Below the pieces are notes generated by a model. That model saw only the letters and a list, made by a program, of their open reading frames with translations, was not told where the DNA came from and made no database searches. Positions 34,259 to 44,645 of a stretch of DNA of 64,000 nucleotides are shown here, in pieces. The stretch comes from an uncultured Methanomicrobiaceae archaeon (GTDB lineage Archaea; Halobacteriota; Methanomicrobia; Methanomicrobiales; Methanoculleaceae): the NCBI GenBank assembly GCA_963826525.1, contig CAWGXH010000005.1, forward strand, positions 224,001-288,000, in the 5' to 3' direction. Within the stretch, counting starts at the first letter, position 1; every line of letters starts with the position of its first letter. The position numbers were made by a program, and so were the translations under genes.

Positions 34259-35119
34259 ATGATGATCGCCGTCGTAAGCGGGAAAGGGGGTACCGGCAAG
34301 ACGACGCTGACGGCGGCACTTGCCGCTCTCGCCCCGTCCCCGGTGGTCATGGCGGACTGCAATCTGGAATCTTCGAACCTTGCCCTGCTCCTGCCGACCG
34401 GCACGGTCTCGAAAAGACCGCTGACGGGAAGACCGTGTGCCGTCATCGATACCGACACCTGTGTCGAGTGTCTCTCCTGTGTGGAGCACTGCGCTTTCGG
34501 GGCGATCTCGTACAGGGCGGGCAGGTTCGTTGTCAGTCCGGTAGCATGCGAGGGGTGCGGTCTCTGCACGAGGGTCTGTCCGGCATCCGCTCCGCGTATG
34601 GAACCGTGGTTCGTCGGGGATCTCTGTCTTGCGGAAACCCCGTACGGCCTGCTCTCGCATGCCCGTCTTCTGCCGGGCTACAGCACAAACGGCTTTCTGG
34701 TGGCCGAGGTGAAGCGGCAGGCGCGTGAGGCTGCCGGAGAAGAGCCGCTCCTCCTCGTCGACGGCCCTCCGGGAACCGGGGGTGCGCTCCTTGCCGCCGT
34801 GGCAGGCGCGGATCTCATTCTGGTCGTGACGGAACCGAGTGCTGCGGGTATCCGCGACCTTGAACGTGTCGTGGCTGCCTGCCGGGACGTTGGCGGGGTA
34901 ATCGGGGTGGTGATCGGCAGAGCAGGACAGGATCTCAAAAAGACGGATGATATCCGGAGATTCTGCCGGGATGAAGGGATCGATGTCTTCGGCGAGGTTC
35001 CGATCGATGGCGCGGTGCTCGCGCAGATACGGACTCTCACCACCTCCGTGTCTCCTGGAGCTCGGGCTTATAGGCAGATCTGGGACTGTATCGAGAGATA
35101 TTGTGCTAAGTCTCCTTGA
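34259..35119 (+). CDS. MinD/ParA-superfamily ATPase with inserted 2x[4Fe-4S] ferredoxin (COG1149-type)
   Basis: SGKGGTGKTT, CVECLSCVEHC, CEGCGLCTRVCP, VDGPPG, VTEPS. Confidence 0.88.
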   Translation: MMIAVVSGKGGTGKTTLTAALAALAPSPVVMADCNLESSNLALLLPTGTVSKRPLTGRPCAVIDTDTCVECLSCVEHCAFGAISYRAGRFVVSPVACEGCGLCTRVCPASAPRMEPWFVGDLCLAETPYGLLSHARLLPGYSTNGFLVAEVKRQAREAAGEEPLLLVDGPPGTGGALLAAVAGADLILVVTEPSAAGIRDLERVVAACRDVGGVIGVVIGRAGQDLKKTDDIRRFCRDEGIDVFGEVPIDGAVLAQIRTLTTSVSPGARAYRQIWDCIERYCAKSP

Positions 35120-36284
35120 TCCCGAGCATTCGCTGGCAGTAATTATCGACCGACCGGAAGACTGCACCCCTGATTCCCTCGACCTTGCCGGTTCCCTCGA
35201 CAACGACGAACTCCAGAAGATCGGCATAGTAGTTCTGCGAGGGATATTTGCGTTTAAAACTCTCGAGACAGAGTGTGGACTCCGTCTGTTTCCCCCGCAG
35301 GAATGCATGAGCGAAATCGGCGATGGCGAGCACGTGGCCGGCCATGCCCTTCTCTGCAGCGAGCCGCCGGAACTCGTTGAACTCTTTATCCCCGGTGAGG
35401 TAAAAGGACGTCCGGATACCGTAGTAGATCGGCTCGATATCATCCGGGTACTTCTCCCGCATCGCCCTGACGAGGCCGAGCGCATCGCCAAGCTCCGCCT
35501 GATCGAACCGCATGTAGTATGCCTCCCGGAAGAAGATCATATCGTCGGGGAACCGCACCAGGGCGACCTGGAGCATCTTGACCAGAACCACCTGATTTTT
35601 GTCGTTCTTCGCTTTTCTAAAACCGATCTGGATGAACCAGCGGTTTTCAGGGAACCACTCCGTGGCCGAGAAGATCATCATCCAGAAGGGCTCGTCGAGC
35701 CAGCGGTCGCTCTTCATCTCGCCGCGGACGAGGCGGTTCAGGGGAGGCTTCCACTGGCTGAGTTCCTCGAGGTACTGGCGCGCAAGTTTGAGGTAATTCC
35801 ACCGTTCACCGGATGAAAAGCCAGGTTCCGTCGAGCCCTCTTTGTAGAGGGCATAGTGGCAGTATGCATACAGGCAACCGACCTCTGCATCGTGTTTCCA
35901 GTAGGGCTTGAGGAAGGTGAGCGCTTCGAGGTACCTGCCGATCTTTATCAGCTTGACAGCAGCGGCGAGGTGGACTCCGGCTATCCTCTCCTTCTTTCGT
36001 TTTATTCCGGCCGCAATATCACAGAGACGGAGAATGAACTTCGTATCGTCGGCGCGACGGGTGGTATCGAATACTTTGTACGTGACCGCATCGACGAATT
36101 CGTCATACGCCTGTTCGGGAACGGGTATGCTCATCTGATCGAAGAGCGATGCGACCTTGCCAAAGAAAACAGGAAAGTTCCCATCGATATACTCAACGTT
36201 TTTATTGATATAGTCAAATAATTCTGCTTTGGATTTATCGAGCATACTCGAGACGACGACATCCGGGACGAACCCTTCCTCCAT
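35106..36284 (-). CDS. Hypothetical all-helical / TPR-like protein
   Basis: Intact 392-aa ORF with amphipathic helix-pair patterns (LQVALVRFPDD, ALGLVRAMREKYPDD); no catalytic motif recognised. Confidence 0.6.
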   Translation of the reverse strand: MEEGFVPDVVVSSMLDKSKAELFDYINKNVEYIDGNFPVFFGKVASLFDQMSIPVPEQAYDEFVDAVTYKVFDTTRRADDTKFILRLCDIAAGIKRKKERIAGVHLAAAVKLIKIGRYLEALTFLKPYWKHDAEVGCLYAYCHYALYKEGSTEPGFSSGERWNYLKLARQYLEELSQWKPPLNRLVRGEMKSDRWLDEPFWMMIFSATEWFPENRWFIQIGFRKAKNDKNQVVLVKMLQVALVRFPDDMIFFREAYYMRFDQAELGDALGLVRAMREKYPDDIEPIYYGIRTSFYLTGDKEFNEFRRLAAEKGMAGHVLAIADFAHAFLRGKQTESTLCLESFKRKYPSQNYYADLLEFVVVEGTGKVEGIRGAVFRSVDNYCQRMLGIKET

Positions 36285-36597
36285 ACAATATACTCGGGAA
36301 ATACGGTAATAAATTAACCGAAATTCTTGAGGGGCTGCTTCACGCCGCTCGGTAAAATTATCCCGATTCCGGAGCTTCGCCCAATCTTCGCCCTCTGAAG
36401 CAGTCTTCCTCTCCATCCTGAAAGAAATGAAATGTACTTTACGTTTCCCATAATTCCAATCTCTCTTATATATCCTTTTAAAACATTAAAACTCAGTAAA
36501 AATCGCCATATTTATCTGCAAAGGTATATATATCGAGATAGGCTGTATATTCATTGTTTCAGAACTCCGTTGAACACGATCTGTGAGGTGCCGTTCC

Positions 36598-37767
36598 ATG
36601 ACCCCGAGTAACGAACTCGAACTGAAAAAATTCGTTGTTCCCGAGTTTATCTTCGGATCCGGCTCACTCGGCCTCGCAGGACGGTATGCCCGCAATTTCG
36701 GCCTGCGGAAGGTGCTGCTCGTCACCGACCCCGGGGTCAGGAGAGCCGGCTGGACTGCACGGGTCTCCGAAAGTCTTACCGAGGCCGGAATCTCTTATGA
36801 GATCTTCGATCGGATATCCCCGAATCCACGTGCCGGCGAGGTCATGGCCGGTGCCGGGGTCTACCAGGCAACGGAGTGCCAGGGGCTCGTCGCAGTCGGC
36901 GGCGGAAGTCCCATGGACTGCGCGAAAGGGATCGGGATCGTCAGCTCGAACCGGCGATCCATTCTGAGTTATGAGGGTGTCGACCAGGTGCTTCTGCCGG
37001 GTCCGCCGCTCATATGCATTCCCACAACCGCCGGGAGCTCGGCGGATGTCTCTCAGTTCGCTATCATCACCGATGAGCGGGAGAAGCGGAAGATAGCGAT
37101 CATCAGCAAGACGCTCGTTCCGGACATCTCGCTCCTCGATCCTCTCCCGCTGACGACGATGGACGCCGAACTTACCGTGGATACGGGACTCGACGCACTC
37201 TGCCACGCGATTGAGGCGTACGTCTCGAATGCAAGCTCGCCCATGACCGACCTGCATGCCCTGCAGGCGATACGCCTGCTTGCGTCTTCTCTTCCCGATG
37301 CCGTTGCCGCACCGGACGATCTGCACTTCCGTTACCGGACCATGCTCGGCAGTCTCCACGCCGGCCTCGCGTTCTCCAATGCAAGTCTCGGCGCCGTCCA
37401 TGCAATGGCACATAGCCTCGGCGGTCTGCTCGACCTGGCACACGGACGGTGCAACGCCCTCCTTCTCGAGCATGTGGCGGCCTACAACTACGACGCGGCA
37501 CCTCGAGCGCTACGACGCGATCGGACAATGCTCTGGGGGCTCGACCTGTGCGGGGTCGGGCACGATGAGAGACGGAAGCGCATCCGCGATGCGATCGCTT
37601 CCTTCCGCCGGTCGCTCGGCATCAGCGTGACGCTCTCCGACCTCGGGGTGACCGAGGGCGATCTCTCCGACCTGGCATTACGGGCGCTCAACGATCCGTG
37701 CATGGCCACCAATCCCCGCCGGCCGACGCACCGGGAGGTGGAGATGATCTATGCATCGGCACTCTGA
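36598..37767 (+). CDS. ercA: Iron-containing alcohol dehydrogenase-like regulatory protein, ErcA type
   Basis: LKKFVVPEFIFG start, GGGSPMDCAKGIG, IPTTAGSSADVSQFAII, DALCHAIE, NASLGAVHAMAHSLGG..HG, NPR...VEMIYASAL end. Confidence 0.85.
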   Translation: MTPSNELELKKFVVPEFIFGSGSLGLAGRYARNFGLRKVLLVTDPGVRRAGWTARVSESLTEAGISYEIFDRISPNPRAGEVMAGAGVYQATECQGLVAVGGGSPMDCAKGIGIVSSNRRSILSYEGVDQVLLPGPPLICIPTTAGSSADVSQFAIITDEREKRKIAIISKTLVPDISLLDPLPLTTMDAELTVDTGLDALCHAIEAYVSNASSPMTDLHALQAIRLLASSLPDAVAAPDDLHFRYRTMLGSLHAGLAFSNASLGAVHAMAHSLGGLLDLAHGRCNALLLEHVAAYNYDAAPRALRRDRTMLWGLDLCGVGHDERRKRIRDAIASFRRSLGISVTLSDLGVTEGDLSDLALRALNDPCMATNPRRPTHREVEMIYASAL

Positions 37768-37768
37768 C

Positions 37769-38891
37769 ATGGAGCCTGACTGGGAATCGCTCCGGGAGCG
37801 TATCATCGGCCTCGGCGAGCACTCGATTCACAAGAGTTATTACCCCGAGCTCCAGGACCGTCTCGCCGAACTTGAACGATTCCGCGCACTTCTGGATCAG
37901 ACCAGCGATGCCATCTTTCTCATCGATGCTGAGACCGGCCTTCTCATCGATACGAATGAGTCGGCATGGCTGCAGCTCGGCTACGACCGGGACAGGCTGA
38001 TGCGGATTCCGTTCTGCAGCCTGATTGCCCCGGCCAGCCGCTCCTGGTTCCTCGAGTTCTTCGCGTCCGGGCAGAACCGGGCCCGCCGGGAGCAGGTTAT
38101 GGTAGCCGGACTCATGACCTCCGACGACCGTGAGACCCCCGTCGAGATCACCATCAGATTCGTGACCTTCGGGGACGAGCGCTACGCTGTTGCCGTGGCG
38201 CGGGATATCGCCGAACGGATCCGGACAGAACGCGAACTCCGGATCAAGGAGAGTGCGTTTGAATCGTCGACGAACGGTATTCTGATCGCCGATCTCGAAG
38301 GCCTCCCGATTTACGCAAACCCTGCCCTCCTCAGCATGTTCGATTACGAGGGCGTCCACCTCATCCAGGAAAAATCCGTCAGCGACTTCTTCTCCTGCAC
38401 CGGCACTAACACAAGGCTGCTTGAACGGCTCTATCGTCAGGGATCGTTTGCCGGTGAGGGGCGCGGGAGACGGAACGGCGGGTCGGTCTTCGACGTGCAT
38501 CTCTCGGGAAGTATCGTTCGGAACGACTCAGGCCAGCCGCTCTGTATGGTGGTTATCTGCATGGACATCACCGAGCGGAAACAGATGGAGGAGATGAAGC
38601 ATGATGCGTATGAGCAGCTCCGGAAGAATATCGAGCAGTTTGCAATCCTCGGGGATCATATCCGGAACCCGCTGCAGGTGATCGTCGGCATCGCCGAGAT
38701 GATCGACGATCCCCTGACCGGCAAGATTCTCAACCAGTCGGAGCGGATCAACGATATCATCACCGAGCCTCGACCGGGGATGGGTCGAGTCCGAGAGCGT
38801 GCGGCGCTACCTGAAGAGGCGGGAGAGGGCAGGGGAGCGATTGGAGGGTACCTCTGCAAAAGCGTCCCGGTACCTGCAGAGTCAGGAGTGA
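37769..38891 (+). CDS. PAS-PAS sensor with ErcS/NahK-like N-terminus and DHp-like C-terminus, no HATPase (frameshift near 38768)
   Basis: IIGLGEHSIHKSYYPELQDRLAELERFR, two PAS/PAC domains, tail EQFAILGDHIRNPLQVI...DRGWVES; starts 1 nt after the ercA stop. Confidence 0.82.
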
Positions 38892-38928
38892 CGATCGGTT
38901 TTTTGCCGTCCGGAGTGCCATCTCTGGT

Positions 38929-39643
38929 ATGTTTGGCATCTCTACGTACTGCCTTCACCGTGAACCGCTCGAGACGGCGCTCGACCGGCTCGCACCGGTC
39001 ACCGACTATGTCGAGGTGATGGATGAGGGGCTGCACTACCTGGAATCCGCAGAGCCCCTCGAGAGTTACTCGTTTGCCTGCTCCATCCATGCACCGAGCC
39101 GCGGCGTGAACATCGCAAGCCTCCTCGAACCGATCCGGAGGGCGAGCGTCGAGGTGCTCGTCGAGACCTTCGCCCTTGCCGGGGAGCTCGATGCCGACGT
39201 CGTCGTGCACCCGGGGTATTACGCATGGCGCGAGGAGCGGGAACGCGCGGTGGCGAGGTTCCGGCAGTCCCTCGACGAACTGCTGCGGGCGGCGGACGAG
39301 TTCTCGATCTCGTTTACGGTCGAGAATATGGGTAACTGGGAGGTACTTCTTCCTCAGGACGCCCGACGAACTCCCGCTCATCGACGGGATCGGGTTTGCA
39401 CTCGACGTCGGGCATGCCAACCTCAATGATGGCAGCCTCCCCGGGTTCCTTGCCCACCCGATCGCCCATTTCCACCTCCATGACAACGACGGCGGAAAGG
39501 ATACCCACTCCACCGTAGGAGAAGGGACGATCGACTTTCGCGCGGTGATGGATGCGGTGCGGAAGAACAACGTCATCCCCATCGTCGAGGTGGATACGTT
39601 CGACGGTGTGCTGGCAAGTATTGAGGTGCTCAGGAAGCTCTGA
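38929..39643 (+). CDS. Sugar phosphate isomerase/epimerase (AP endonuclease 2 TIM barrel), frameshifted
   Basis: SIHAP, VVHPG, VENMG, LDVGHA, HFHLHDNDG..DTH...GEG.IDF. Confidence 0.88.
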
Positions 39644-39756
39644 TTGTGGTTCTGGCTGCATTAAGGCTTTATTCCCTGGCGGAACGGGGTGTCTTCGCAA
39701 AAATTCAATCCGTAAAATTTTATTAGGACGAGCACCCACCTATGTAGGTGCGCCAT

Positions 39757-39829
<73 letters not shown>

Positions 39830-39959
39830 TCATTTCGCGGAGTTCTTAACCCCTCTTGTTAAAAGAACCCGCAAATTCGATAGTTCTGCCGTCGCGCAAG
39901 ATCGATCACTTTTACGGATTCGATCTGGTGCATTTTTCTGGAAACTCATAGTTGTCCTC

Positions 39960-40070
39960 GTGCAGATTCTAGTCGAGCGCTATGGCGGGAAGATATGGGC
40001 CGAAGACAGAGTGTCCGGCCATCACGAGGAAGGGGCGGCGTTTAAACTCACGCTCATAAAAGCCATGCAG
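39960..40070 (+). pseudogene. Orphan 3' remnant of a histidine kinase HATPase domain
   Basis: ILVERYGGKIWAEDRVSGHHEEGAAFKLTL closely matches MLVERYGGRIWVEDRVPGHPAEGAAFRFTL near 56220-56310. Confidence 0.7.
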
Positions 40071-40768
40071 AACAGTAGATATCTTCTGAAAAATTATTTT
40101 CCTGCCAACAACCGCCGCACCGCTTTTGTATGCGGCTTGATATCCGCCCCTTTCCGTATCCGGTCCTTGATACTCTTGAATACCCCTCGTCTCACATCCT
40201 TCTGTGGCATCTGCAGGATGCGTTGCAGGGTTTCCACTTTGTTAAAAACGAGACCGTCCTGGGATAAACCGCAGTTCCAGGATATCCAGTTCGAGACTAT
40301 ATGCGACATTTTGCCTTGTTTATACAAAAGGTTCCGGTTCCCCGCCGGGATCATAACCGAACGCCGGTTCCCGGCATATTTGTCGTTATGAAGGAATCAC
40401 CTCTGCTGGTAACATCGATTTCACTAATTTATTATGTTCCATGAGCCAAAAGGATCGTATCGTCAGGGGAAATGATACGCTATCCCGCACCCTTGAAACC
40501 CCCTGGCAGAATCTGCTCTCAATTTCTGCTCTCTCCCGCATGACAGGTCTTGATCGCCATACCGCAGTAACTACCCGGAAATCCTCCTCTTCCGTGCATG
40601 GTGGAGGATATCCAGCAAGGCAGGGCTACAATGTGCTCACATACAGTGTTCTCCCATCCCCCCATGACCCCAGAAGAACAGCGGAGTTACTACCTCCCTT
40701 TCTCCCGTCACCAGATGTAAGATTACCATGCCCGAAGGAATGTGGCGGACAGCCAGGAGGAGTGGATA

Positions 40769-43759
40769 ATGCAAGAGACCTTACGCGTCCTCTATGTCGA
40801 TGACGAACCCGCCCTTCTTGAGATCGGCAAACTCTTCCTTGAAAACACCGGAGAGGAATTTGTCGTCGATACCCTCACTTCGGCCACTGAAGACTCTCAC
40901 CTGCATTCCCACGGAGCAGTATGATGCCGTCATCTCCGATTACCAGATGCCCGACATGGATGGAATCGAATTTTTACGAAGGGTGAGAAATTCGGGCAAT
41001 GCCATCCCGTTCATCCTTTTCACCGGCCGGGGCCGCGAGGATAGTTGTCATTGAAGCGATCAACAGCGGTGCGGATTTCTATCTCCAGAAAGGCGGCCAG
41101 CCGCGGGCGCAGTTTGCCGAACTTGCCCATAAGGTCAGGCAGGCGGTACAACGACGGCGGGCGGAAATTTCGTTGCAGGAGAGTGAGGAGCGGTAACCGC
41201 ACCATCGTCAATGACCAGACCGAGATGATCTGCCGGTTCACCCCGGATGGCATCGTTACGTTCATCAACGATGCCTATTGGCGGTACCTTCACTCCATGC
41301 TGCTCCTCACCGATATCGAGGGAAAGAAGATCCACGACCTCGTGCAGATGGGACATCATGAGAGAATGGATAATTTTCTTGCCTCGCTCACACCAGAAAC
41401 ACCGATTCGCGAGATGGAGCACAAGGTCACCGGCAGGGCCAGAAGACGTACTGGCAACTCTGGTCGGTCCGTGCGTTGTTCAACGCCGGGGGAAAACCCC
41501 TCGAATATCAGGTGGTCGGAAGGGATATCACAGAGCAGAAACTGGCTCTGGCAGCACTGGCAGACAGCGAGTCCCGGCTCCGTTTATTCATCGAGACGAC
41601 CCGGGAATCGGTCACCCTGGTCGATGAAGAAGGAAAAGTGATCGAATGGAATCCCGGGGCTGAACGGATCACCGGCATCACACAAGAAGAAGCGCTTGGC
41701 AGACTCCTTATGGGACGTGACGTTCCGGATGCTCCCTCGTGAGCACCGCACGGAAGAACACCGTGCAGCGCTTGAGCAGAAGATCTGTACGATGCTCAGG
41801 ACGGGTGTCCCGATATTCGAAGAAACCCGGATTTTCGAAGCGGAGCGTCCCGACGGCGCCCGGATCTTCCACCGGCAGACAGTCTTTCCGATCAAGACCG
41901 ACAAAGGATTCCGGTTCGGTTCGATTGCGCAGGATATCACCAGTGAAAAACGGGAGGAAGATGTCGTGCGGGAGAGCGAAGCGAAGTACCGCGAGCTTGC
42001 CGATCTCCTCCCGCAGATGGTTTTTGAGATGGATCCGGATTTTCAGGTAACCTATGCAAACCGGCATGCATTCGCCACCCTGGGATATACCGAACAGGAC
42101 CTCAAAGACGGCGTAAATGCCATGTCCATAATCGAACCTTCCCAGCATGGACGGGTGAAGGAAGACATCCGGAAACTCCTCAACGGAGTGGCTCTTGAAT
42201 CACAGGAATATACGTGCCTGCGGAAGGATGGGAGCAAAATTCCGGTTTTTATCGATACAGCGCCGATTTACCGGAATGGGAACCTTACCGGATTCCGCGG
42301 CGTCATTATCGATATTTCCGCACGGAAAAAAATGGATGCCGAACTCCGGGAGAGCGAGGAGAAATACCGGCTTGTGGTCGAGAATAGTGATAATGTCGTG
42401 TATATTTACCGTGGTAGCCAGATCCTTTTCGCCAACCGCAGGGCAACGGAATTCACCGGTTATACCAATGATGAACTCATCAGCATGAACATCTGGGATC
42501 TCGTCCATCCCGATGACCGGCCCCACCTGCAGGAAAACGCGAAACTGAGGATCTCCGGAAGCACGCCCCCTCCTGACTTTACCGCGCGAACCATATTAAA
42601 AAGCGGTGAAGAACGGGAATGTGAATTCTTTGTTAACCAGATCCTCTATCAGAACCAGCCGGCACTTCTCGGTATTCTTCGTGACGTTTCCGAACGAAAA
42701 CGCGCTGAAGAGGCGATGCGGGAGAGCGAAGCGAAGTACCGCCTGCTGGCAGACCATGTCCATGATGTCATCTGGACTGCTGACATGGATATGCGCCTTA
42801 CCTACGTCTCGCCGTCGGTCACCGCGCTTCGGGGGCTGACGCCCGAAGAAGCTCTGAGAGAATCCCTCAGTGACGCCCTGACCCCGGCATCCTACAGGAC
42901 AGTCATGCTGATGCGCGAGAAGGGAATCAACGAGATGCGGAAGAGCGGAACGATCCAGAAATACCAGACCATGGAACTTGAATTTTTCAGGAAGGACGGT
43001 TCCACGGTCTGGACCGAGACGATTCTCTCCCCGACCTTTGACCGTGACAATAAACTTTTCGGGGTGGTTGGCGTCATACGGGATATCACCGAACGCAAGA
43101 AAGCGGAAGAAGCCCTCCGTCGGGCGAACCGCCAGCTCAACCTGCTTAACGGTATTACCCGCCATGATATCCTCAACAATGTCTCGATTGCCCTTGGGTT
43201 TCTGGAAATCGCGGAGATGAAGGTCGAAGACCCCGCGCTGGCCCGGTACCTGGAGAAGATGGAATCCGCGATCACTACAATCCAATCCCAGATCGAATTC
43301 ACAAGGGTCTACGAGGATATCGGCACCCATGAACCGCGGTGGATTGACCTGACCACCGTCATGCCACGCGACCATGTCCCGGCAACAATCAGCCTGACTG
43401 CTGACGTGCAGGGTGTCGGGGTATTTGCAGATCCGATGTTTGAGAAGGTTTTTTTCAACCTCCTCGACAACGCGGTCAGGCACGGCCAGCGGGTGACGGA
43501 TATCCGGGTGTCATATCACCTGTCGGGGAAGGATCTGGTCGTGGTGTGGGAAGACAACGGGGTTGGTATCGCTCCTGACGAAAAGAGGCTTATTTTCGAT
43601 CTCGGATTTGGGAAAAACACGGGGTTCGGGCTTTTCCTTATCCGGGATATCCTCTCCCTGACGGGGATCATGATCACCGAGACCGGGGAACCGGGCAGGG
43701 GTACACGGTTCGAGATGACGGTCCCGAACGGTTGTTACCGGCTTGTCGGCAAACAATAA
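40769..43759 (+). CDS. Hybrid REC-multiPAS histidine kinase (frameshifts in the 5' part)
   Basis: VLYVDDEP, ISDYQMPDMDG, FTGRGRE, LQKGG; about five PAS/PAC; H-box TRHDILN, N-box FNLLDNA, DNGVG, GFGLF. Confidence 0.9.
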
Positions 43760-43957
43760 ATCCGGATGATACTATTGCGGGAACCATCGGGCGAAGAACG
43801 GGGATCTCTCGTTCTTTGCATCGGAAAACCATCTGTCGAAAACACGCGCAGGAAGAGGTAACCAATTCTCAATGAAAACATGATGTGCGAAAAAAGGTGG
43901 GCATATAACCCTCCGTTCAGACGCCCCGGCCGGGATATGCATGGAAGGTTGCATTCC

Positions 43958-44413
43958 CTACGTGACGTCTTCCGGAAAGATTTTCTTTCCTTTTTCGGTG
44001 TATGCGATAATACCCAGTTGTTCGAGGAAGTTCAATTCGTTATCGACCTCCCATCCCTCTGCAAGTCTGCCGTTAACGACGCGCCAGATGAAAACCATCC
44101 TCATTGTTACTTTCTTGCCGGTAGGGGGCAGTGGAACTCCGGACAGATTCCACTCGCCCGTATGGGTCCCTGTAGCGGTAACACAAACCCACACCTTATC
44201 CCCTTCGGCAATGATATCTTCAATATGTTCATGCCAGTCGGGGAAGGCTTTGAAAGCGAGCGTAAAGAGCTGTTTGAAGTTTTCCAGACCGTGTTGTTGA
44301 TGGGTATGGTCAACATAATCCGGTGCCACCAAATCGTCAAATAAATCCAGGTTTCGCGTATTATAGGCTTCAATAAACCTGCGAACAATCGCCTTATTCT
44401 CTTCCGATGACAT
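43958..44413 (-). CDS. SnoaL-like ester/polyketide cyclase
   Basis: MSSEENKAIVRRF, AFPDW..IEDIIAEGDKV, GTHTG..G.PPTGK, FLEQLG. Confidence 0.9.
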   Translation of the reverse strand: MSSEENKAIVRRFIEAYNTRNLDLFDDLVAPDYVDHTHQQHGLENFKQLFTLAFKAFPDWHEHIEDIIAEGDKVWVCVTATGTHTGEWNLSGVPLPPTGKKVTMRMVFIWRVVNGRLAEGWEVDNELNFLEQLGIIAYTEKGKKIFPEDVT

Positions 44414-44645
44414 GGAGCATCACCTCTCCTTGAATCCTTTTTAATATTTAACAGATGTCGTCTTCGTGTGAGCATTTATTTCCAAAAAAGCATTCGCATC
44501 GAATAGTTCAGCCATTCACTATTTCGTACAAACGTTCCGGGGTCATCCATCTCTTCACGCACCTTCACGAAGAGACCGCCGGCGTGGAGGAAGCAGTCGC
44601 CGGTGGTGTGAGTGAGGCAGTAGAGGTGGGCAGGAGCGCGTCCGC

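Noticed and set aside
41194-41196. In-frame TAA after the REC domain, suggesting a separate response regulator or stop-codon readthrough
   Set aside because: CGGTAACCGC becomes CGG TAC CGC (the usual SEERYR linker) on removing one A, so it is an indel error
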